From positions 65,670 to 117,586 of IMG/VR virus record IMGVR_UViG_3300044950_000141: a stretch of 51,917 bases of DNA. One strand, 5' to 3'. This DNA comes from a virus. Taxonomy: Duplodnaviria > Heunggongvirae > Uroviricota > Caudoviricetes. Position numbers and translations under genes: made by a program. Positions within the stretch are counted from its first letter, which is position 1. Every line of letters starts with the position of its first letter. Positions 1 to 12,000 of this stretch are shown piece by piece. The notes under the pieces are model-generated. The model made no database searches. It was not told where the DNA came from and worked only from the letters and a program-made list of their open reading frames with translations.

Positions 1-2
1 TA

Positions 3-3000
3 GCTCCAAAAGGATTTGGTAAATCTTTTGGTTCTATTTCTGCTGCTGAAATATATGCAAACAGACGCTATCCTATCTATGATAGGAACATGCCTGATTT
101 AGAAGATGTATATGCAGAGAACCAACCTTGGTATAAGATATTAGGTAATGGTATTGCTAAGATGGGATTGATAGGAGCTGGAACCTTTGCTCAATCTTTA
201 ACAAACTTTCCTAATGTAGTGGATGCTGCAAGATCAAAAGATCTATCTGAGTTATCAGGAGATCCAGATGGTTATGAAGGATCTATTGATAACTGGATAA
301 AAAATATAAATGAGGATCTTCCTAACTATGCTAGTAAGTATGTTAGAGAGAATCCTTTCTTATCTGCTATTCCTTTTATGAAAGGAAATGCTTATTGGTG
401 GGGAGAGAAGTTTATTCCTAATCTAGGATTTATGTTAGGAGCTGTTGGTGGTGCTGCTGTACAAGATATTGCAATAGGTGCTGTAACAGAAGGTATAGGT
501 GAGATTCCATTATTAGCTAACCAAATTGGTAAGGCTTCATTATATCTAAATAAATTATTTAGTGCTGAGACTGCTGTAGGTAGAGGATTAGGAGCAACAC
601 AACTTTCTAAATTAGGAAGACTTGAACAATTAGGTGAAAGACTTGGTAAGACAGAAGCTCAGATGTTCAAAGTAACTGAACTTGCTCAATTGGCAGCAGC
701 TGCAAAATTAGGAAAAGGATTTAGAACTACCACAGCTATATTAGGTTCTGCTATGACAGAAGCTGGTGTTGAGTCTAGGAATGGATATAGTATGGTTAAA
801 GATGAATTAACTAACCAATACAAACTCACTCATGCAGGAGAAGAGCCTACAGGAGATGATTTACAACAAATAGAAAACCTTTCTACAAATGCTATGAATA
901 CCAGGTTTGGTATTAACATGGCATTACTCACTGTATCTAACTCATTACAGTTCAATAACTTATTTAAAACAATGGTTGGTGTTCCAGGCAGCAGAGCTAT
1001 ATCTGGATCACTTACACAAGAGTTAGAAGGACTTGGTAAAGTAGGATTAAAAGAAGGTAGCTTAGATGTGTTTGAAAAAAAGGTAGCTACATCTGTTTTA
1101 GGAAAGGTATGGGAAAGTGTTAGACCAACAGGTGCTAATGTATTTAGAGAAGGTGTGTTTGAAGAAGGTGGACAGTTTGCAGCTGAGAGAGGAACATATG
1201 ATTATTACACAAGAAAGTACAAGAGTGATAAGTATAAGGAACAATGGAATGGTGTTAATGAATTAATCAATTCTACTGTCTATGGATTGAATGAACAATT
1301 TACTAGCACAGAAGGTCTTGAGAACATGTTGATTGGTGGATTAACAGGTCTTGTTGTTGGTGGTGTACAAAGTGGTATTGATGCTAAGAGAGGATTAAGT
1401 AAAGATGCTAGATTAGCTACAGCAACTAATGTACTTAATCAAGTGGGTATTACTAGTACATTACAGAACAACTATGATAACACTGTAACTTCTGCAGGTA
1501 TTGCAAAAGATATGGAAGAAGCTGCTGCTTCAGGTGATGTGTTTAAATATAAAAACTTACAGGCTGATGAGTTCTTCAACTTTGTAACATCTCGTCTTCC
1601 ATCAGGAATGCATGATGTAACAGTTGAGCAATTGAATATGTTGAAAAACCTATCCAAAGAACAGTTTGAAAGTATGTTCCAATTGGATTTCAATTCTACA
1701 AACAGAGCCACTGTAAGTGAATATGTAGATGGTATGATTGCCAAATCAAATGATATTAAAGATACATATGAAACTGTTAACACTACATTTAAGAATCCAT
1801 TTAAGATAAACTACAATGCTGATAATATAGATAGTATTGTTGAGGCTAACAACTATATTACATTTGAAAAGTATAAGAAAGACTTAACCTATTTTGCTGC
1901 AATGCCAACACTTGCAGATAGTAGAATTCAATCTATTCAAGAGTCTGTCAATAAGATTAATCCTAATATCACTACAGACTTATTATCACAACTTACTAAT
2001 AATCAAGGTCTTGCAGAGTTAGCTAAGTTCTATGAAGAGAAAGCTACATCTTTAAAGAAGACTATTACAGACTACACTACACCTGTAGATAAGAAGAAGA
2101 TAAATGATCAGATCAAAGCATTACGTACAAGATCTGAACTAATTGCTCAATCACTTAATACTGGTAAGGTAGATGATAAAACATTTGATAGCTTATTAAA
2201 CTTTGAGTTGAATGGTCAAGATGCTACACTAGGTAAATCTGTAGCTTCTTTACATGCTCAAGAATTAATGGATTATAGTGTAGATATCAACGCTTTAGAA
2301 AAAAGAAAGAAGGATGCATCTAAGGCTTATGATGAGATGTCTACTAAAGAAGGCTTTGAGAAATACTTCAAAGAGGCAGAAGAAATGGCTTCTGATAAAG
2401 ATGCTGTTGTAAATGAGGAGGAGAAGAAAGAAGAAACTGCTCCTACACCAGAGACACCTAAAGAACCTGTAAAGTTTAGATTCAACAATGCTAATAAACA
2501 AGCTGAGAATCTTGAAGTGGATAGAGAGTATGAGATGGGTAAGGTGTATAAGACAAAGATTAATAAACTTGATGATGATAGATGGCAAGTTGTATCTCCT
2601 GATGGAACATATGAGATACTTCCTAGCAAAGAAAAAGCACAAGAAAGATCTGATGAACTAACTGATGAGTTTAATAACTTACAGAAGATTAAGGTTTTGG
2701 CTCTTAATCCAGATGGTTCAATTAAGATAGAAGATGTTAATGGTGACATCTATAATATTGATCCTAGAAAGCTATCTGGTTTCAGTAGAGTTCAAACAGA
2801 TCAAGAGAAGTTACAGAAGATAGCTAATCAGTTAGGAGCTGCTCAAACTAGAATAGAAATAAAGTCTGGAGCAGTATCTACTGATGACCCAAGCAAAGAG
2901 CAACAAGTAAAAGAACCTAAGAAGAAGAGAGTTGATGTATTCTTTATCTCCACTGTAGACTCAATGGATGATGGTGTTGCTCCTTCTAAGACATATCAAA

Positions 3001-6000
3001 TACGTACAAGACAGTTCTTAAACAATGTTAAGAACTTCCCTAATAGAGACAACATCAAAGTGATGCTTGTCACTCCTAAACAATATAAAGGATTAGGATT
3101 AACCACTCTTGATAATGTAGCTTATGGCCAAGAAACATTTACACCTGAGGAGCAAGCAAAGCTTACTGATGTAGATAATGGATTGGTAACTGCTGTTTAT
3201 GTAGAACAAGATGGTAGCACCCTTTATTATGTTGATAAAGATGGTAAGCGTTTATCTAAAGTAGATGGTACACAAGCAGATGTTAATAGTTTAGTATTTG
3301 CTAATATGCCTACAGCATCATTGTATTATAATTACAAAGATGCTAAGGGCAATCCTGAGCCTAGATTTAAAAAAGGTGAGGAGGCAGAAGCAGAAGCATA
3401 TATGGAGGCTTGGAAGAAAGCAAGGGCAGATGTGTTTGCTTCAGATCCTAACAATCCACAGTTATACAGCTTCTCTATCTCTAGAGGTATGGCTGTTGAA
3501 ACTCCTGTAGATGGTAAGCCTGCAACTAATCATGTTGGTGATAATTTAATCCCTGAAAAGAAGATTAAAAACCAAGCTAATGTAATTGTAGTTTCTACAA
3601 CAGGAACCATTTCTCACAATGGAGAAAACTATAATATCCCTAAAGGAAGACCAATGTTGCAATATGGTGACACATTGCAATGGTTAAATAATAGAAAGTT
3701 CACACAAGATGAAGCTAAAAGTATCTTTGAAGCATTAAGATTGATGTCAGAAGATATTCAAAAGAAAGCTAAAGATGGTAAGGCTGTTGAGTTTAACCCA
3801 TTGTATTCTAACTTCTTACAGAATATATTGTTCTGGAAAAAGGGTGCTGAGACTAAGAACAACCAAATGTATATAGATGATAGAACAATGGATCTATATC
3901 TTGGTGGTAAGAAATATAACTTTGCTAACTTAGCTATCTCTGAGAAAGAAATAGTTAGTCAGCTTCAGAATACATTTAACACAGTTAACAATGACTCTGT
4001 TAAAAAGAATGATGAAGAATTTACAGAACTTTACTTTGAGGATGGATATTTAAAAGATAGACAATGGCCTAATTATCAAAGCTATTTGTTATCTAGTAAA
4101 CTTCCTAATGGTAAAGGAAGATCAATTAAAGATACACCACTATCTACATCTGTAACAAAACCATCTGATCAAGTTCCATATAACTACAGACAGAAGTATG
4201 TAACATTAGGTGGGTTAGAACTTGCTGTACAAAAGGTTACTAAACCTATAGCTCCTGTAGCTAAAGGTGGTGCCACAGAGATTGGTGGATATAAGATGGA
4301 TGGTACAACAACACATACAAGAGAACTTAAAGCTCTTGGTAATGTAACGTTCACAGCTAGATTAAACTCTAATGGTGTTCCAGCAGTTACAGTTGATACA
4401 ATAGAAAACTTAGAATCTATTGTAGCAGACCCAGCTAAGACAGCTCCTTACTTTGACTTCTTAAAGAAGGAGAACTTATTTGATGCTACAAGAAGTGAGC
4501 AAGAGCTAATGTATGATTTTGCATCTATAGCAATTGCTAATCAATTGAATAAGATGAAGAATGCTGAGCCAGCTCCTGCTGCTCCAGTGGCTCCAGCTCC
4601 AGAAGCTGAAGTAGCACCAACTGTTCAAGAGAACGTTGAGAAGTTAGAACAATTAGAAGATACTGTTGATGATGCTGAAGAGAAAGCTCTTGAGGATGAA
4701 ATCAATAAACAAATAGCTGAGAAGGTTAATGCTCTTGGGAAAACAAAAGCACCAAAGAAACGTTATAGAGAGATTGCAGGATTAGATGTTCCTAGAATGA
4801 CTGACGCTGAGCTTCAGTTATTTAAAGAGTGGCATGCTAAGAACGCTGCTGGTATTCCATTTGAAGTGTTACAACGTGTGATGACTACTAATGATGGTAG
4901 ACAATGGGGAGCATTTGAGAATGGTGTAGCTAAGTTTTATAAGTCTGCAGCTAGAGGTACAGAGTATCATGAGATATTCCATGGCATCTTTGATGGTTTC
5001 TTAAGTGCAGAAGAAAGACAACTTATTTTTGATGAGTTTAAATCTAAATCTGGTAAGTTCAAAGATAGAGCTACAGGTAGTATGATCTATTATGAGGAAG
5101 CTACAGATCAACAAGCTGAGGAAAGAATAGCTGATGACTTTGCTGACTTTAGATTAGGTAAGTTACCTGCTAAAAGTATTGGTGAAAGAATATTAAGATT
5201 CTTCAGAAGCATTATACAGTTTGTTAGAGAGTTTGTAAATAAGCCATCTAAGAAAGATGAATTATTCAAAGCTATTGATGCTGGTAAATTTAAAGATACT
5301 AAGTTAAACCCTGCTGTATATAATCAACTTACACAGTGGAGTGTTATCCCTGGTCTTGATGAACCCACTACACACGAGTCAGTTCAGGACGTGGCTGCTA
5401 GATTCTTCTTTGAAGTGTTTAGCAAAAACATGGACTTATATAATCCTAAGTTATTAACTTCTCCTGAGATATTTGATACAATCAAAGAAGAATTTGCTGA
5501 GGAAGGAAAGCTAGATGTGTTAGGTGAAGAAGGTTGGAGTCAATTGGTTAAGAAATCAAGAGAGTTCTTACGTACATTCAAGATTCAATTTGATGAGAAT
5601 AATGTTGTTGTTTTTAATAATGATGATAATACTAATCGTGACTATGCACCAGAACCATTCTCTGTAGACTGGAAGAAACAATCTAGTTTCCCAATTAAGA
5701 TTACTGTAGGGTCACTAGTTTTAACTGTGCCTACTAATCAAGAGAATGCATTGCGTTTACAAATGCCTGATGAGGTAATTTCAGCTAATGCAAAAGGCTT
5801 CATGTTATTGAACTTTAGTAGAGCGTTTGCCACTATATTAAATAAAGTTTCTAATACTTCTGCTGTAGGCAAGGTAGTAGATAAACTACTTACATTAGCT
5901 AAGCAAGATAGTAACTATGTAAGATTATGGTCTAAACTTGGTGGAACTATAGATAAGTTGGATTCTGAGAATAAAGAAACAGCCATGGACTATTCTAAGT

Positions 6001-9000
6001 TCAAAGCTCATGATTGGAGATTGTTTATTAACTTCTACCAAACATTTACTAAGCAACATCCTAATGCACGTATACAATATGTTTCTGATGATGAGGTGTA
6101 TACAGGATCTGCAGAATTATCTGATGCTATAGATGATGTAACAGAAGGATGGATTGAAGGTATCAAAGCTTTATCTAAAGATAGTAAGTCTCTTATTGTT
6201 CTTGATAAACCAAATAAGGTTTATAAGGTGGGTGACCTATCTGATATAAAGATTAAGACACCTGAGCAAATGGTAGAGTTCTTAGGTAAGATAGGTGTAA
6301 TCTTTCCAATTGATGTATACAATAAACTTACCACTAGAGAAAAGAATGTATTTGGTAGATCAGTGGGAGGCCTTTTAACATCTCTTCGTAGTAAGAGTGA
6401 TATACTAAGTAGTATTACTAGTAAGTTATTAGACATCAAGGGACCATTAAATGCCATGGGTGAAATGTTAGTTAGAGTTACTAATCCTAACTTTGATCCT
6501 ACACATACTAATGTAGAGGGAGAGAAAACTAATGGCTATTCAGAAAACAATAACCCTTCTGTATTTGAGAATGAGTGGAGAGAAGCTGGTACATTAGAAA
6601 ACATTAAGGAGGCTAGACCAGAATTAAATGATCCATTCTCTACAAACAGTCTTGTCTTGAAAAAAGATGGATTATATATTGATGAAGATGGTAAAATTAA
6701 GAAAGATCTTAAGATATCATATATTCAAGGTACTAAAGATATTGATACAGATGATGGTACTTCTACAAGTAAACTAACACTTGGTAATAGATATACACAA
6801 GAGATTAATGAGAACGTTAATGGTAGATTCTATATATTACTTCCTGCTGAAAGTAGTACAGAATGGGAAATGGACCTTGGTGTAAATGTTCCATTTAAAC
6901 AATTTGGTACAAAAGTAGGATGGGATAATACATATAAGATATTCCAAGGATACTTGAAAGATGACATAGCTTTAGCTAAAGATGCTGATGTAAGAAAGAA
7001 ACTTAAGAATATAGGTGATAGAGCTTATGATTTACGTTTCTTCAAAGACATTCTATCTGAAGATATGTTAGCTAAGATCAATACTGAATTAGTAATGAAG
7101 TCTGCTTCTGATGTAGAAGTGGCTGCGTTTATAGCTGAGAATGAAGAGGAGATCAATGGTTCTATAAAAGGATATTTTGATGAATATATAAACACTACAA
7201 TTGCTACGCTTAAAGAATATAAGCAAGTAGTTCTCACTGCAAATAAGAAAGCTTGGATGTATCCAATGCTTAATAGTGTATTTGCTAAGAACTCTGGAAT
7301 CAATAGATATGGTCTTACAGATGAGAAGTTAAGAAACCTTATTGAGTATGTAAACATTAACTATGTCATAAGCAATATTGAATTCCATAAGATCTTATTT
7401 GGTGATCCATATCAGTTTGCTTTAAAGGATGGTGAGTCAGAAGAAACTAAACGTATTAAGTCTTTCTTATCTCCAAGAAGAACAACATTTGATAGCCCAG
7501 AATATAATGAGTTCCTTAACAATGAATTTAACAAAGCTGGTGAAATTGAATTAACACCTGATGATCTTGGATACCATGAACATAAGTCTCACACTAACAC
7601 AGTAACTATCAAGGAGATATATGTGGAAGGTAGATTAATGGGCAGAACAAAAGAAGCAGATGCTCAGTCTTGGATTATGGATACTACAAACAGAGAGTTA
7701 AAGTTAAAGAATGCTCAATGGACAGATGAAGCAGAAACATTCCACCAATGGCAAATGGCTTACACTAGAAATAGAATGGCTGCTAAAGGTAAATATACAT
7801 ATACCAATGATATACTTAAAAAACAAGATGCAGCATTAATTGAAACTCCTAGACCTAAATATGGTTTAGAGGTATTGAAGCCTATTGTAACTGGTAATAA
7901 GTTAGGTAAGACATACTTTGACTTAGTATTAGATAAGTTCTCACAAATGCCTTTGTACTATCAAGCTATTGAAGGAACCACATTGGAAGGACTTTATATA
8001 AAGATGTGGGAAGAGAATATTGGTTATGCTATTTTAGAGAGTGGTAGAAAGATGGGTACAACAGAAGCATTTGACTTATATAAAGGTGGTAAGTTAAACC
8101 CAGAACCATTTAACAACTTAGTTCAAGTTCCTTGGAAAGCTTATGGCATCCAGGTAGAAACTAATTATGATGTTATCAAAGCACAAACACGTGGTAGTCA
8201 ACCTACTAAGTTAGTAACTGTAGACTTGTTTGATAATGGTGTTCCTGTTAGTCAAAAAGCTAAAGAAGCAACAGATAGAAACAATAATATATTGGACTTA
8301 ATGCATGAGAATGCATATAATGTTTTGTTAGAAAGATTAGGTATTGAGGATTTAGGCACTGAGTTTATATTAGCAAACAAACAAGCTGTATCTAATACAT
8401 TAGTATATGAGATGCTTAGAAGAGAGTTAGATGAGAATGCTAAGGATACAGTTCAATTAGATAGTAAAGGTGAGTTCCCTATTCCTTTTGAAGCGTCTCC
8501 TTCTTACAAGCAAATTAAAGATATCCTATACTCTGTTGTACAAAAGACTATGGTTTCTCCTAAAGTAAATGGTGGTCCTAAGGTACAGGTGAGTGTTACA
8601 GGATGGGAAAACTTAGAGAAAGGAAGAAGATTAGCTATCAAAACTGAGGATGGATATAAAGAAATATCTAGAGAAGACTATGACAAACTATCTGATGAGG
8701 AGAAGAAGAAGGTAGTATTAACAGATGATACACTTAAGTTTTATACCAAAGATGATCCATACATGGAAATCATGTTACCTCATTGGTTTGGTGATACGCT
8801 TAGAAAGACTACTAAGTATACGACTGATGAAGAAATCATTAACTACTTAAATATTACAGAGGAAGGTAAATCTATCTTAAGAGGTATAGGATTTCGTGTT
8901 CCTGCACAAGAATTAAGCTCTCTGGTAACATTCAGAGTGAAAAAGTTCTTACCTCAATTCATGGGAGAATCTGTTGTTGTACCTTCTGAAATCACTACTC

Positions 9001-12000
9001 TTGCTGGATCTGACTTTGATATAGATAAGTTAAATACATATTTGAAATCTATATACATAGATGTGAATGGTAACATACGTTTAGTAAAGTGGTTAGGTTC
9101 TGAGGAAGCTACAAAAGACTTCTTCAGAGGTGTATATAAAGATACCATCCAAAGAGACATAGATAAAATTGAAGAGTTTGAAGAATTCAGAAGTAAATTA
9201 GTAGATGTATTATCAAAGCTAGAAAGAATAGAAGGTGCTGCCAGTCCAGAATCTTTGGAGAGTGCACTTACTCCTTCTGAGCTTGACTTCTTCTACGATC
9301 GTTTATCTATATTCAAAGCAATCACTGATCAAGCTGCACAAAAAGATCTTACAGCTGTAGATTACATGAATAAGCAAATTGAAGACTTATCTATTAATAA
9401 AGAAAAGCTGACAAAGGATATACTTAGTAATTCTCTTAGAGAAGATTATGTAAAAGATATGTATAAGCGTTCTCTTGAGAATGAGTACTATGATAGCATG
9501 GAAGAGTTGTTAACTCTACCTGAGAACTTTGAAAGACTTATTTCTCCTGTAAATGATGCTGGATTAGAAAAGCTTGCTGATAAAATAGACAAACTAGTTA
9601 ATCCTAAAGGTGATCAAGTTAAGAACAAGATTCTTAACAGAAACTTTATGACTAAGTTGAGACACTATTTTGTAACAGCTAAAAGATGGATAGGTATTGC
9701 TGCTACAAACATTACAAGTCACTCTCTATTCCAAAAGGGTCAGATATATTTGAACCCAGAAAGATTCTTCATGTTACCCCAGCAAGATAGAAAATTTATT
9801 GGAGATGGTAGTATTATCTTACCTCACAATAAAGTGAAGATTGGTGATAAAGAATATGCTTCATTATCAGGAACTAAAACAGCTGATGGTAAAAAACAAT
9901 ACATATCATCTAGATTATCTGGATATGGTACAGCATTTGTGGATGTAGCTAATAAACCATATATTGTTAAACTTGTTACTAGTGACTTATCTGTAGGTAC
10001 CTTTATGTTCTTAGAGAGAATAGGTGCAGGTGAATACACTGGTATATTTATGAGCCAGCCTATTATCAGAGAATACTTAAAGCAACTTGATAGCCAAAAT
10101 AAAAAAGGTCTATTTAGTAAATTTGATATTGATAGTATTAAAAGTAACTTTGTTACAACAAATAAGGCTATTGAGACAGCAAGAATAGATATAAGTAACT
10201 TAGAGGCAAACATTGCTGATTACTATGCAGGTAACGAATTAGGCATTGAAAGAAATGCTGAACAACATGCAATTCTTAATGAGTTCTTGAAATATGCTAA
10301 GTTAGCTGAATATAACTTTGACCTTACACAGGCTATTAACTATGATACCACTAGATATAGAAGTGGTGATACCTTGTTTAAGAAGCAGGTTAGAACTGAT
10401 ATAACCATAGCAAGAAGTCCATTTAGTGGCATTGCTGAACTATTAGATCCTGAGAATCCTAAGATATTTATTGCTAAGCAAAGACATTATCTTGACTTAT
10501 CTATGGAAGGAATGGGAGTAATATTAAAGCTTGAGCAAGATCAATTTAGAATTAATGTAATTGACCCATTATTAAAACCATATGCTAGAAATAAATATGT
10601 TGGTGCAGATGACTTTGAAAGAATAGCTAACAAGTTGAAAGCCAGCTTCTTAGATTATATTATACAAACAAAGACAGGATTTAACTCAGAGATAAATAAA
10701 TTATTTGTAAATCCAAAGACCTCTGTATCTGCTCAATTAGAAGAAGCTAAGAAGATAAGTTCTAATCCTATCTTGAATGATTTTAAGGTGATTAGTTCTC
10801 CAAGACCAGATGGTGTAATGAGTGTTAAGTTAACTGTGAATATTAAAGGAAGTGCATATGATAAGAACTTATACATAGGATATATGAGACAATTAAGAGA
10901 TACTCCTAGTACTAATGCTTTATATAAAGACTTAGTTAAGATGGCTCTCTTACAAGGTACATATGAGAATGGTGTAAGTATTGCTAGCATTATTCCTATT
11001 GAGGATTCTAGTAAGTATGTTGCTCCTATCATGGCACCTTTAGTATATGATGAATCATTAGATGCCTTTGCAGATGGAGGTTTCCAAAGAAACAACTGGA
11101 AAGACAATAAGGTATTTAAGAAGTTTGAACCTAAGTTTTGGTTAGCTGATGAAGCTCCAGTAGATGTACAGGTAAATGACTTTGGTGATATTATTGGTGA
11201 CATTTATCAATATCAATCCTCTGATTATTTCCCTAGCATTGATAAGTTTGGTCTTTCCACAGACAGAAGAATATTAGCATTAAGTGAAGAGTATGATAGT
11301 TTCTATCTTAGCAATGACTACTTGTTAGTACCTAGAGTGGTACAAATAAAAGGTGGTGAAAGAGTAGATATGAAGACAGGATTATCTATTACAAACTACA
11401 GCTATATAGAGAGAAAGAACCAAGGAGATATGTCATTAAAGAATGTATATGGTTATAAGAAGGTATACTATGATGATGGTACTCCTGTAACATATCAAAC
11501 TACAACCTACAAAGGTGAGGTAATTAATAAACATGTTTATAAACTTATTAACTTACGTGGAGATGGTAGATTAGTATCTGAACACTATACTGACACTAGA
11601 AAGTCTGTATTAAATAATGGCACAGAGAAGATTGAGAATGAGATTTCTGACGATGAAATTCGTATATATTTTAATGAATTAGGTGAACAAAATTTTGTAT
11701 CTTCGCAATCAACAGAACCATATATTCAAATTCCAGAATATGTAACAGATGAAAAACTAAAGAATGCTGATGGCACTAAGAGATTTGCACAGGCAAGTAA
11801 GCTTGGTACTATTACAATCAATCCTCCTAAGAGTGTGGATGAGTTCTTTAACTACTTTGAAGGTAAAGAAGGTGGGCCTACCTCTGAACAAAAAGCTAAG
11901 GTTTTAAATAAGTTAGCTGAGAAAGGATATAACCTTGATGTTATTAAAACTATATTAAACAGTGTTGATAAAATTATTAACTTCCTAGTATTACATGAGA